Positions 38,901 to 50,620 of a DNA stretch of 64,000 nucleotides are shown here, one piece after another. The DNA is from Hypanus sabinus (lineage: Eukaryota), in NCBI RefSeq assembly GCF_030144855.1, contig NC_082735.1, positions 25,544,001 through 25,608,000 on the forward strand. The letters are read 5' to 3'. How positions within the stretch are numbered: the stretch's first letter is position 1; each line of letters opens with the position of its first letter. The position numbers and the translations under genes are program-made. The notes beneath the pieces are model-generated. The model did not search any database. It was given only the letters and a program-made list of their open reading frames with translations, and was not told the DNA's origin.

Positions 38901-41900
38901 ATGAAAAAACACATTCACCATTTACAAACAGTAAAACATTTGACCGAACACCCAAGTCACCCTATCCTACAGAAACTACAACACTAAACATTCAGTGAGA
39001 CTTCAAACTCAACAGGTACCTCATTAAGTCTCCCCAAGTTCACAATTACAAAACTAAGCCCTCAACGAACAGAGACTTAGCTAAGAATGGACGCTCCTAC
39101 TTCTCTGCAGCACACTTTCCCAACAGAACTCGCAACACTGATCACAACCTCAGTGTGAAGATGAGCCCCTGGAGACAAAGGAAAACAAGTGAGTCTCTCG
39201 CTCATGCTAATCTCTTGCCCCAGGGTGCCCGGAATTACGTACCGATGCCTTGGCACACAGGACAACCAATGGGAAAGAGCTGCTGCATCCCTTGAACTGG
39301 TCAATCAACGGCCAACATGGTGGAAGCAGTTTCTGAGTGACATGTAAAACTAACCCTTCGCATTAGGCAAAGCAACCTTTGGCACTTCTGGCAGAACTGA
39401 TTCCACACAAACCACAAACTTAAGTGTACAGGGCCGGACTAAAGACATTTTACAGCACCCTAATTAAATTCAAATATTCATGGCTATTCACCAGCAGGTT
39501 TCCAACATCGCTGCTCTTGCTGGAATGATTGGATGCACCCTGGCCAAAGTCAGTGTCATAAATGTCAATCATAATGTCCACTAACAGACTGAGAAACAAA
39601 TAATAAACTATCTGATCTAACTTTAGCAGGGGTTCCCAGCTCTTTTTTTTATGCAATGGACCCCTACTGTTAACTGAGGGGTCTGTGGACCCCAGGCTGG
39701 GAACCGCTGAACTATCGGGAGACTGTCAGAGAAGGGCTTTTTTTTTTAAGCACTATGCGTGCCTGGAACTAATTGGGATTTTTAATTTTATTCTGATAGG
39801 TACAAACCAGCTATCTGATCAGATCAATCAGACCAGATATAATCTGGTGGGATGCGTTGAATGCTCTGGCAAGGGCGGAGGCGGAAGCAGGAATGTTAGG
39901 GAGATTTAAGAGAGACTCCTAGATAAGCACATGGATAAAATTAAATGGAGGGCTATGGGAAAGTGATCTTGGACTGGGTAGAAAGGTCAGCACAGCATCA
40001 AGGACTGAAGGGCTTGCACAGTGTTGTGATTTGGGTGGCTTAGTTTCCCATAGGTCAAATCCCTTGGTCATCCCAGGAGACCACCACAACTTTGCCCGAA
40101 TTCATTCTCATTCTACTGGAGTGCAGTAATGGTGAACCGGCAGCACATACAGTGATAATGGATGGTAGATCTTCCACGTCCTTCGACTGCATTTTTCTGC
40201 GGTATCCCCAGGACCATCTGTCAAGTGTGGTGCACTTCTCCCACTTGTGGTTCTGCAGTTTGCTGGGGCTGTATTTGTCTGCACAGTTGAAGAAGCCGCC
40301 GTGTTTACAAGAACAGCCAGCTCCCCAGCGGTCATTAGTGACCACAGTATCCTAGTGACAAATTTGGAAAAAAAGACTTTTCTTAATTTCAGCATTTTTT
40401 TGAAGTGGGTAAATAGAACAAACGTGCCAGCCGGTTTTCACAAAGGAAGGACTCAATACAACAAAGAAATAAAGTGAGGCAGAGCGAAGGACTTTATACG
40501 TACAGAATAGAGATTATCTTTTTTGTTTTACAAGCAGTATTGATAAGCAGGAGGCCAGAATGATTTCAATAAATTCCCTCCGCATTCCAGAAAATGTGGC
40601 ACAACTGTATCCCTATTTTTATATTGAGATACAGCATGGAGCCAAGCCTTGCAAAAATCCCCAACTACTACTCCAGCCCTTTACCTTTTCCACCTACCAC
40701 CAATTAATCTACCAACTTAGTCTTTGGACTGTGGGAGGAAACCAGAGCACCTGGAGGAAACCCACACAGGGAAATACAATTCCATGCTATAACAAAATTG
40801 GCGCAAGTCTATATGCTCAGGGCACTTGGAGGTGCAAATAAAATTAATGCTAAAGAAATGAAGAACCGTTAGAATGAAAAGGAAACAAAAAAAGAAAGTG
40901 CTCACTCGAAGAGCACTTACACATTCACATTAGTGGAGGTGTAAAAGGAATTAGTTGTATTGAAGTAAGAAGTGTGCATGAAAAATTATTTTAATGAGGC
41001 AGTTCCGTCAATTTAAAACATGCTTTTAAAAAACTTGAACAGTTTAGATAGAGTTGGTAAAGAGTTAAGTACCCCATCGCCCACTACAGTTGTAAAGAGC
41101 AGAGCATTTCTTGTGTCTGCAGTTTGTAATGAGCCAAAGTGTGTAAACCAGGGATTCCCAACCTTCTTTCTGCCATGGACATACACCATTCAGCAAGGGG
41201 TCCGTGGACCCCAGGCTGGGAATCCCTGATAAACAAAGTGAAGTTGCACATGCTCTGGAAGACCCAAAGTGAGCAAACAATGTGAAGTTGTCACAGCCTT
41301 GGGGACGATGACTGTGGAGCCTTATTTGACCTACATAATCTCCCAAATGCAGGATACCCACACTGTTGAATTCTTCACGATACAGGGGAAAAGACAGCTG
41401 ATCGACTGTGTGTGAGGGAGGGGAAATTATTTAATTGTTTAATAACACCAGTCCATTGCAGATCCAATACCTTTAAAGGACATTTTGCTGAATACAGAAA
41501 CAAAAGTAAAAGCTTGGATGAATATGCCTGATCCTAAATGGGCTAAGGAGGAAACCAAAACTGAGATAACAATTGTCATTGCTAATCTAAATACTCTCTC
41601 AATGTTATGAATACTGTTAAAACGTACTTTGACAGGGCTGTCATTGTAGAGCCAAGCCAGAAATCCAGTGGAATTCCAGTAAGTATCTGGTGCTTCCCAG
41701 TCACCATCTGACCAGATTATATCTGGTTTGTATCTGTCAGAATAAAAGAGAAAACAAGCAACATTAGTTCTAGGAAATCAGGCATAAAATCCATCCTTAT
41801 TTTCCTAGAACTAACAGTCTCTTTTCTTAAAATAGCTGAATCAGACTAATAGTTTTGGAATTCAACTATGGAAATCACGGGCATGGTTGGATTGAGTTCT

Positions 41901-44900
41901 TCTCCGATCTTGGCAAACATTTTGCAGCCACATGCTGAGACACCATCAGCGTGCTGTTCACTTGTGGTGTGTCTTCTCAACGCTTAGCCATCAACCAGCC
42001 TAGCCACACACTTTCTGAGTTCTGTACAAGAACAACGGCATCTCAATTAATTTTTGTGCAACATTAAAGACACACCAAATACTTCCAGTCTTGTGAATAG
42101 GATTACCAATATTATAAGGCTCAGAAACAGAACTGCAATGTATTATGCAGATGAATTGCAAATCTGAAATTGCTTTGTTTGTTTATAAAATACAGTACTG
42201 TGCAAAAGTCTCAGGCACATGTATATCTAGGGTGGCGAAGACTTTTGCACAGTACTGTAGTAATTTTACGTATTGCACTCTATTGCTGCTGCAAACAGAA
42301 ACAAATTTCATGACCTATGTGGGTGATATTGGTCTATTGTGGTCTGAGAGTGGGAAGGGGGCAGGGAGGAGTGAATCACTGCGGGGAAAATGGGAAAGGA
42401 GCGGGAAGCACCAGGGAGACATTCTGTAGTGATCAGTAAACCAATTGCTTGGAGTCAAATGGCTTTGTGTGGTGTCTCAGGACTGGGTGTGTCTGAACCC
42501 ACACCACTGCCTCCCCCGTTCCTAGCACTCTTTCTCCACCACCTGTCCCACACCTCTCCATTCCCAACATCCTTTGCCCCCACCAGACTTACAAACTCGC
42601 TCTCCGCTCCACAATGACAAATATAATACTGTGCAAAAGCCTTAAGCACCCTAGCTACACAATATATATTTGCCTAAGACTTTTAAGAGAGAATTAATCA
42701 TCTTATAGCAATATGATCGCCTTCGGAACCAAGTGGTGCAATGAATCATTTTTGCCAGAAAAATTGTAAAATCTTCAAGGCATTGCCTCTGCCCCATCAT
42801 TAACCCTATAAACTCTTCCCACAGATGCAGCTTAATCTGCTGAGTATTTCCTGCACTACTGATTTTATTTTTGATTTCCAGCATCTGTGGTTTATTTTGA
42901 CACTAACGCCCAGATCTAAAGCAAAAGTGCCACCTGCTGGTCTACCTAGTACAGGAATGAAATTAGACTCATGCTACACTTGGAATTTCCGAGTATGATT
43001 CGAATCAAAGTATGCACTGTGTATGCTACCATATACCATGTTCTTGCAGCCATCTACAGGAAAAATAAAGTAGTACAAAGAATCTTCAAAAAACCATACA
43101 CAGACAAAGACATACATTTGGCCAGCTCCAACCCGATCCCAGCACACAAACTTTCTGCTTTCCACAGGGATTGCTCCCTACGTGACCCCCTTGTCCATTC
43201 GTCCCTCCCTCCTAGTACTTATCCTTGTAAGCGGAACAAGTGCCACACTGCCCCCACACCTCCTCCTTCACTCCTATTCAGGGCCCTAACAGTCTTTCTA
43301 GGTGAGGCAACACTTCACCTGTGGTTCTGTTGGAGCAGCTACTGCATATCAGTGGGACTCAACGTGGACTGGGAGACTGCTTCACCGAGCTCCATCCACC
43401 AGAACAAGCCAGATCTCTCGATGGCCACCCATTTCAATTCTGCTTCCCATTCCTCTTCCTACCCTGTGGCTGCAATGGGGCCACCTTCAGGTTGTGGGAC
43501 AGAGTCTTATGTTCCGTCTGGATAGCCTCCAACCCGATGGGATGAACGCCAATTTCTCAAGCTTCCGGTAATTGCCCTTTCCACTCCACCATCACCATTC
43601 CCCATTCACATTTCCCTCTCTTACTTTATCTCCTTACCTACCCATCACCTCCCTCTGGTGCTCCTCCCCCTTCCCTTTCCTCCATGGTCTTCTGCCCCCT
43701 CCCAACAGATTTCCCCTTTTCCAGCCCTCTATCTCTATCACCGATCAACTTCCCAGCTCTTTACTTCACTCCTCCCCCTCCCAGTTTCACCTTTCACCTA
43801 TAACCTTGTACTTCCTCCCCTCCCCACATCTTCTTACTCTGACCTCTATTTTTTACCCAGTCCTATATACTCTTTTCCATAGATGTTACTTGGCCTGCTG
43901 AGTTCCTCCAACATTTTGTGTGTGTTGCCTAGACAAAGACTGACAAACAGAAGACAAACTGGGCAAATTAAAAAAATAATAATACTGAGAAAATGAGTTT
44001 TAAAAGAATCCTTGAAAGTGATTCTGCAAGTCACAGAACCAGTTGACTAGTGATGTTTTAACTAGTGATTAGATACATTTACAGATATTTCAAGGCTCTA
44101 TCATTAAAACTGTTATATTACATTACCTTAAGACCAGATCGTACAGTTCTGGTAATGTTTTTTCCGTAACAAATTTCTGGGTCTTGAATTTGTTTTGCTT
44201 ATCAGATAAGTAGAGAGGGTTGAACCACTCGAAGAGAGAATGGTACACTCCATAATGTAAGTTCCTGTTGCAACAGAAGATCAAGTTTGAAACATTAAAC
44301 ATTAAATTCAGTTGGACACACCGCTTCTTTAATATGTAGTTAAAAAGTTCAAGGAGGCTACAAGTGGCATTGGTGCTTTGCAAATAGTATTCACATTTTT
44401 CATATGAATGTACAGTCACACTGTTTATATGATGCATCCTGTATGTATTTTAAAGAAAATTTATTTCTGAAATTAAAATAAATGTGAAGTGAACTTACTT
44501 TAGAAATCTTCAAATAATTATCTTCAACAATGCATTTCAAGGGATAAGATTCAGGGTCGGTCCTTAAGCAAAAAATCATCAACTTCCCACAGCAGCTTTC
44601 CTTGCTTTCAGCACATTTTAGCCTTTGATGAACAAAATGGATTTGCTGTATGAATTTTCAAGAGTTGCCAAAAAAAAATAACCTTGGCACCTTCGTCAAA
44701 ACGTTTTCCATTAAACCTCTTTACCTAGATTAAGGCATCCCTGTCCAATTCAGGAATATCAAAGAAAATACAGCAACAGCTGAGATGAAATAAAAGGCCA
44801 TTGCAACACTTCCCTTCCCAACTGCTTCCTGCATTTGCATGTTAACCTCCAGCCATTTCTGGTCACGCTGAGCAGTCTCTCACATCTATTTTTTTAATTA

Positions 44901-47900
44901 TCAATAATCTGATTATCAATATTGTCAGATTATCAAAAAATCTATTTTTTCTCTCTCTGTTCCACCAGACTTCTTGTGATTCTCCATATAACTGATTCTG
45001 TCACAGCCTCTCCCATTCATTTAGCCTGACTATATACCCTCAAGTCTTTCTGCATCCTCCTCACAACGTACACAGCTACCAAACAGCATCATCTGCAAAC
45101 TTGGATAGGTTGCACTTTGACACCTTATGATACAGATTGTGAATAGTTAGGGTCACGGCAGCAAGCTGGTAATTACAGTCTCCTGCTCTATATTTTCTGC
45201 CTGTTAATCACACCTCCATCCATGCAGTATATTGATCGATTGATTGGTTGTCCGTTGTATATGACAATAATAGGAAACCTGTGCAGGAGAGTCTTTGAAG
45301 TGGAAAATCTATTGCACTGGAGCAGTTGTGCCAGGTCTAATGGTACAAGTAGTCACCACAGCTGGGGTCTTCCTTGGTTGTAGCAGGTGACCACAACTTC
45401 TGAGGCTTCAATCTCCGCGGAGCATTCCAGAACCGCCTTCCTGATTATTGGATCAGGCCGCCAGAACTGGCTTCACGTGCTGGGACAGGCGTGTCCCTGT
45501 CTCACTGGGATACAAGGCCAATGGCTTGGTTTAGCCCACTTTTGAAGCAGCTGGCCGGGATGTGGCTGCTGCTGCATGTCAACAGCCATGTGGAGCCACA
45601 GGGGAGAGTTGAGAGTCCGGTGGGGACCAAGGTGAGTGAGCTGCCTCAAGGGACACGACAAGCCCCAAACCCAAATGCTTTTTCTGCATCTTATCAAAGG
45701 CCTTCTAAAACACTAATTAAGCTGCATCTGCTTTTATCCTTAATCTGTTCCTACAGGTACAGTCTCAAAATGTTTCAATGGATTAAACAAATTTTTTCAT
45801 AAATCCTCAATGACAAAATTCATATTAATTATATTTTAGGAGCTGTGTGTTAAGAAACAGCAAAGAAAGATCATCTGGAATTTGGTTTTCAATCTATTTC
45901 TATGTAGATGTTACAGATCCTCAGTCTAACCCCATTGAATTGACACATAGACTCCTTGAGGGTAGAGTGGAAATATAGCAGAGAAAATCTCAAACTCTAC
46001 AGTAAAACCACATTAACCAAGAAGGATCAGGGCTATGTTGATACTGGACTGTTAGTTATGTCAGTCTAATAGAAATATTACAATTAATAATTCAATTAAA
46101 AAACCCTTACTTTCCTCCAAGAGGACCAAAACTGATTTGGGGTTTAGAGGCTTGACCCAGAGAGCTCTGTTGGCTGGAGTCAGGGATTTATGCTTTGGCT
46201 CTTGGTCGGGTCACCCCTGCTGAACAGGTCAAAGGGTAAGAGGCCAGAATAAGAGTAGTCCACGGGTCCTCTCGGTTCAGGCGTTCAACTCAGGACTAAT
46301 AATTCTGATCTAACAAAACTGTTACAGAAACAGCAATGAAGAATCTTTCTACCTCTGGGCGTGACGGTATTCCTGAGTCTCATCCCGGGATTTACAAGCT
46401 GACAGTAGTGAAAACAGAGAGGAAACTACTGGCATGATGAAGGAAGCTCTGAACACCACCAACAGCAAGACCAAAACGGCCAAGGCCAGACAGAGATGGA
46501 GGACCTTCATTGCTGCCCCAAACAGTAGCAGCGTAATGGGCATTAAGTACCCTTAATTTACTTTTTAAAAGTATAGTACAACAATATACTAAATTTTTCA
46601 GTGCACATGATGGAATTCAAATGATCAAGATTTCCAAACAGACAGTGGTGATGATGGGGATAAGCTCCCAGTGGTATGCGGTTCAAAAAGCCTCTGACAA
46701 CCAAGTCCAGCTCCTGCACTTCGCGCGCTGCTTAGCTTCTAAACCTGGCAGAACTGTTTCCACTGACAGGAGAAAGGGCAAGGGTGGGTTACTGGCGCCT
46801 TAAAGCCAGTCGCTTCGGGCAAATGGGAACTCGTCAGCCATGATTGGCAGCTCACCGAGGAGAAGGAGAACTCTGATCTCAAACCTCTGCTGCCTTGCGC
46901 CTGGGGAGTAAACCAGCGCTGGGGTCCCTAAGGTAGTCCCTACATTGAGTGGCAACCCCTGTGACACTTCTGGTATCAAACTGTATCAGCCTCGGCCATT
47001 CCTTTGGGTTCATCAGATGCATGGAGAGGGGGAGTTTGCTACACGGGCAACAGCTTGCTCTCCATATCATACTGCCCAGGCTTGCGTATCTAGGAAGCAA
47101 TATCCATGGTCAACTCTGACTGACAGAGGCCTCAGCCTCTAACAAACTCAGGTACATTTTCAGTTAACCTTTTACAATCTGGCCTCCTTGCCACCTCATT
47201 GAGCTTTATACATTTATAGAGAAAACCTTGACTTTGAAGTTCTTTTTCTTTGCCAGGGAAGTTTGAGAGTTCCAAGCCTTATTGCTAACTGAAGGTGACA
47301 GGTTGATTCAGACCCTGGGCCTAAATCACCTGCAAGTGGGGTGACTAAAATATCCCATGTTCAAAGGAAAGCGCAGGGAGACACAGCCAAGGCAGGATAA
47401 CAATGCCGTGTGGTATAGGTAACTAGAACTTGAAGTTAAAAATTTTAATTGATCAAAAAAAAAGTAAAGTAACTTAAAGCTCTACCTAAAACAGCACAGT
47501 ATCATAGTGGTTAGCACAATGCTTTATAGTATCAGCAACCCTGGTTCAATTCGCGCCACTGCCTGTAATTAATTTGTATGTTCTCCCCGTGACCACCTGG
47601 GTTTCCTCCCACAGACTGAAGATATATCAGTTGGTAGGTTAACCGGTCATTGTAAATCGTCTTGTGATTAGGCTAGGATTAAATCGGGGCAGCTCGAAGA
47701 GTTGGCTGTAACTCAATAGGTAATGTGGACAAGCAAGACAGATAACGTGGCTGCAGGGAAATATGGGATACTTGGCCAAGCACACAGGAGACAATACAGC
47801 CAAACTGGACAACACCAAGAAGATAACATATTCACAAAGAAACATCAAAACTGTGTCAGGAGCACTGAAATGCAGAAGGGTATTTATGGCATTTTCAAGA

Positions 47901-50571
47901 TGGACAACCATTGACTACAGAATTATGCCAACAGGCCAAATGCCAAGGGAACAATAAAGCCATCAGGAATTTGGCAAATGCATAGAATTAACAACAAACC
48001 GTTTACGGACTGCAGCTGCCAGATCACCCACAAGATCGCGATGTGGACCTGTGTTAATCGAGTTCCAGTTCCAGGACACAGGAGATCCCCAGTTCGTGAA
48101 TCCTTCATGGTGCTTTGACGTCAGCACCACGTACCTGAGATTACAGAACACAGCAAAGCAGTTAACTGCAGTTGCTAAGCGCTCTTTGATATATCCAAGA
48201 GTTGGCTTTATTTCAGGAAAAAAAAAACAGACCAATGCCTACAACTCAAGTTGTGTTCTTGGCATTTTAAAAGTGTTCTGTCAATTAGAATAAACACACA
48301 CAAAGTGCTGATGGAACTCAGCTGGTCAGGCAGCATCTACGAGCAGTCGACATTTCAGACTGAGACTCCTGACCTACAGAGTGCCTCCGGCATTTTGTAC
48401 GTGTTGCTGCAGATTTCCGGCAGATTCAGGTTTAATGTCACTGGCATCTGTCATGAAACTTGCTGTTTCTGCCACAGCAGTACAATGCAATACATGATAA
48501 TAGAGAAAAAATGTGCAATACACTAAGTATTTACATTAAGTAGTTAAATTAAATAAGTAGTGCAAGAATAAAAATTTTTAAAAAGTGAGGTAGCGTTCAT
48601 GGGTTCAGCGTCCATTCAGAAATCAGATGACAGAGTGGAAGACGCTGTTCCTGAATCGCCGAGTGTGTGCCTTCAGGATTCTGCACAGTCTCTTGTGTCT
48701 ATAAATTAGACTGAGGTGTTTGATTTATAAACACTGTAAAGATCCCCCTTTTACTAGTATTTAGGGATGGACATGCAGAGTTCAGAAGTAGCAGAACAAA
48801 TCTGGAAACAATAAACTGAGATAAATAAGCTACCATATTGGATTACCAGTTATTCAGCTTGTTTTACAAAGAGTGGTATGAAGGGCAGACTCTCATCATT
48901 GCCAAGTCCTCACTAGTAAATGCCAATCATCATATCTGAAGCACTGCAATCTACTTATCTATAATCCACTGCAAATTATCTTTGGAGCAATGACTTAAAA
49001 TGTTTAAGTAAATTAACTAAATGGAAACTTTATCCATCAAGATGCAACATTAATGAGACCGACTTCATAATGTATAAAATGCAAAGATTATGAACAGGGC
49101 AATGTAGCCTTGTCGCTGGGTTCAGATGGCAATAATACCACATAACCAAGAGTCCTCTGGGAATACAGCCCCATCCACCATCATTAAATACTGTCTGTTA
49201 ATCGCCCATGGAACGCATTTGATACAAGTCCCACCTTGGATGACATTTATAATATACTGTCTTACAATCACTGAATCAGATTCTTCAAAGCAGACTGAAT
49301 CAGCCATCAAGCAGGTATCTACATTCATCCCGTTTATCCCCTAATTCTTGCCTTAACTCACCCAGATCCCACCACCCACTTTAACACTAGTAGTAGCACA
49401 TTGTAAGCTGTAGATGTAATAATCTGCACGTTTGGATCAGGAGGTCATAGTGATAGGGAGAACTCCAGAATCCACAGACAGCATCAGAGGTTAGGTTTTG
49501 TCATGTATTTAAATGGTAAGTTTGACACTAGATAGGTGCAGTGACAGAACAACACGAGCATGGAAAGGAGAATGTGAAATAAAGGCACGTTCAGAGCATG
49601 AAGCCTTGAGTCATGATATATGCACCGTCTAATTAAACACTGGGATAGGTCGCAAATATACAACAGGGTCTAACTGGGACCCGCCGTGAGGCACAAGTCC
49701 CGTGGAAAGGGGACGGCACCGTGGAGGGAACTGACGCCGCGATCAGAACCGACAAAGTTCTGGGGGCGGAAGAATGGTTTGTGTCACCAGCGCCAGCTTT
49801 GGTTCAACACATCACCACGTGGACATTAATCCAGATTTTCAGCATCTGCAGTCTCCCCGGTGTCATCGATGTCCAAAGAGTTAAAAAAAAGCGCCGTGTC
49901 AGGTGGGTGTAAATCACGTGACTTTGGAAGTCATGTGGTTTCATAATGGCGCTCAGCATTCCCGGACCAAATGAAATAAATTACACCAACACATTCACGC
50001 GCAGCAAGGTCGCATTTATATCGCTTTTCCTCTCTCTGCGTCTAGGGTGTTTGTCGGCTGTTTTGCAGCTGCCTGTAAGGAGTCGAATCTCAAGGCTGTA
50101 TAATGTATACATAGTTTGAGGAACAAAGTACTTCGAATATCTGCCTTTTACAAATAAACTGTAAAACAGGTTTGCATCTCAATCACTCGATGAACGCTCA
50201 CTGTACCTGGCTCCGGATTCCTCGAACAGTTCCGCCCATTGATCCGGGTCAAAGAAGCCAGCTGTGAATTCTGGAGCGAACTCGCTGTACTCGAATCCCG
50301 GTGGGTAGTTCTTTGTCATAAACTCCACATACTCACGTAAATGTCTCCCTTCCCAATTCCACCAGAACCACTCGCTCCCGAAACTGGGCACCGAAAATAC
50401 TCCCCAGTGGATGAAAATCCCAAATTTGCTCTGGTCGTACCAGCCGGGTAAAGGCCTGCTGTCAAGACTCTTCCAGTTCGGTTGGTAACGGCGAGCGAAA
50501 GGTTCTCCGGTACATAAATACACTGTAAAGAAAATAAAACTCAGGCAACTCTTCCATCCCGTGATCGTCAT
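26784..50571 (-). CDS. FUCA1: Tissue (lysosomal) alpha-L-fucosidase, GH29; whole coding span, 8 exons, 458 aa
   Basis: Exons of 365+135+138+106+201+191+100+141 = 1377 nt, all GT-AG and in phase. N-terminal signal peptide; motifs [28 protein letters not shown] (nucleophile Asp), [22 protein letters not shown]. The 8-exon layout fits FUCA1 rather than FUCA2 (from memory). Confidence 0.93.
27733..30330 (-). mobile_element. CR1-clade LINE with ORF1 (SGNH esterase-like) and an internally deleted ORF2, in FUCA1 intron 7
   Basis: ORF1 fragment [32 protein letters not shown], endonuclease remnants, ORF2 C-terminus [15 protein letters not shown], 3' tail at ~27733. Confidence 0.82.
30740..30990 (+). 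mobile_element. V-SINE (tRNA head + V domain)
   Basis: GGTAGCGTAGTGGTTAGC..GGGTTCAATC..GGAGTTTG..CTCTCCCCGTGACC..GGGTGCTCCGGTTTTCTCCCACA. Other copies at ~30550-30740 (-), 38075-38345 (-), 40716-40770 (-), 47494-47700 (+). Confidence 0.85.
32605..33472 (+). mobile_element. Tigger/pogo-like non-autonomous DNA transposon (contains N gap 33276-33426)
   Basis: TA|CAGTCGGCCCTC...GAGGGCTGACTG|TA. Transposase N-terminal scraps ([24 protein letters not shown]; [16 protein letters not shown]). Inserted in a Rex-type 3' UTR. Confidence 0.85.
33983..34082 (-). CDS. FUCA1: FUCA1 exon 7
   Basis: [33 protein letters not shown]; ttccag| acceptor, |GTGAGC donor. Confidence 0.93.
34215..35335. mobile_element. 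Two CR1 3' fragments arranged tail-to-tail (+ 34215-34590, - 34775-35335)
   Basis: Both show the CR1 ORF2 C-terminus and 3' UTR, in opposite orientations. Confidence 0.75.
37140..37755 (+). mobile_element. CR1-clade LINE, 3' fragment
   Basis: [20 protein letters not shown]; [19 protein letters not shown]. Confidence 0.85.
38442..38632 (-). CDS. FUCA1: FUCA1 exon 6
   Basis: [55 protein letters not shown]; tggcag| acceptor, |GTAACG donor. Not present in the ORF track in this frame. Confidence 0.95.
39627..39709. mobile_element. hAT-type MITE (~80 bp)
   Basis: CAGGGGTTCCCAGC...GCTGGGAACCGCTG TIRs; flanks AACTTTAG/AACTATCG resemble an 8-bp TSD; second copy at 41149-41228. Confidence 0.75.
39762..39848 (+). 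repeat. Inverted partial duplicate of the FUCA1 intron 3/exon 4 junction (41706-41774)
   Basis: TTTTATTCTGATAGGTACAAACCAG vs junction TTTTATTCTGACAG|ATACAAACCAG (23/25); CCTGGAACTAAT vs CCTAGAACTAAT (11/12); ACCAGATATAATCTGGT exact (17/17). Confidence 0.8.
40151..40351 (-). CDS. FUCA1: FUCA1 exon 5
   Basis: [43 protein letters not shown]; cactag| acceptor, |GTATGT donor. Confidence 0.95.
41149..41228. mobile_element. hAT-type MITE, second copy
   Basis: CAGGGATTCCCAACC...GGCTGGGAATCCCTG TIRs. Confidence 0.75.
41628..41733 (-). CDS. FUCA1: FUCA1 exon 4
   Basis: [35 protein letters not shown]; tgacag| acceptor, |GTACGT donor. Confidence 0.95.
42193..42684. mobile_element. Second, uninterrupted copy of the composite mini-palindrome element (opposite orientation to 49-839)
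   Basis: TA|CAGTACTGTGCAAAAGTCTCAGGCAC...GACTTTTGCACAGTACTG|TA at 42193-42257, the core, then a second palindrome at ~42625-42684. Confidence 0.75.
43100..43928 (+). mobile_element. Penelope-like element 3' fragment (GIY-YIG remnant + terminus)
   Basis: Homologous to 13284-14210 (TYPCKRNKC..; [10 protein letters not shown]); hammerhead core deleted. Confidence 0.8.
44127..44264 (-). CDS. FUCA1: FUCA1 exon 3
   Basis: [28 protein letters not shown]; caacag| acceptor, |GTAATG donor. Confidence 0.95.
46130..47135 (+). mobile_element. Two adjacent RTE-related non-autonomous retroelements
   Basis: The first (~46130-46548) ends in an RTE-like [13 protein letters not shown] coding remnant and has a reverse-complement relative at ~21800-22015. 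Family assignment of the second (~46640-47135) is tentative. Confidence 0.5.
48000..48134 (-). CDS. FUCA1: FUCA1 exon 2
   Basis: [34 protein letters not shown]; tctcag| acceptor, |GTTTGT donor. Confidence 0.95.
49816..49950. promoter_or_regulatory. E-box cluster (CLEAR-like + M-box) in FUCA1 intron 1
   Basis: CACGTG at 49816-49821; ATCACGTGAC at 49913-49922 (9/10 to CLEAR GTCACGTGAC); GTCATGTG at 49930-49937; YY1-like AATGGCG at 49944-49950; CpG-enriched context. Confidence 0.6.
50207..50571 (-). CDS. FUCA1: FUCA1 exon 1
   Basis: [45 protein letters not shown]; donor AG|GTACAG. Confidence 0.93.
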
Positions 50572-50579
50572 CTTTTGCA

Positions 50580-50620
50580 AATTGAAGCAGGAAATGGTCG
50601 CGCAGTTACGTCACTATTCA
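50580..50620 (-). promoter_or_regulatory. FUCA1 proximal promoter / 5' UTR motifs
   Basis: ETS-like CAGGAAAT at 50588-50595 and CRE/ATF-like TTACGTCA at 50606-50613, directly upstream of the ATG. Confidence 0.4.

Noticed and set aside
50572-50580. ORF-track start (TTG) for FUCA1
   Set aside because: Non-ATG start; the ATG at 50571 gives a normal signal peptide.
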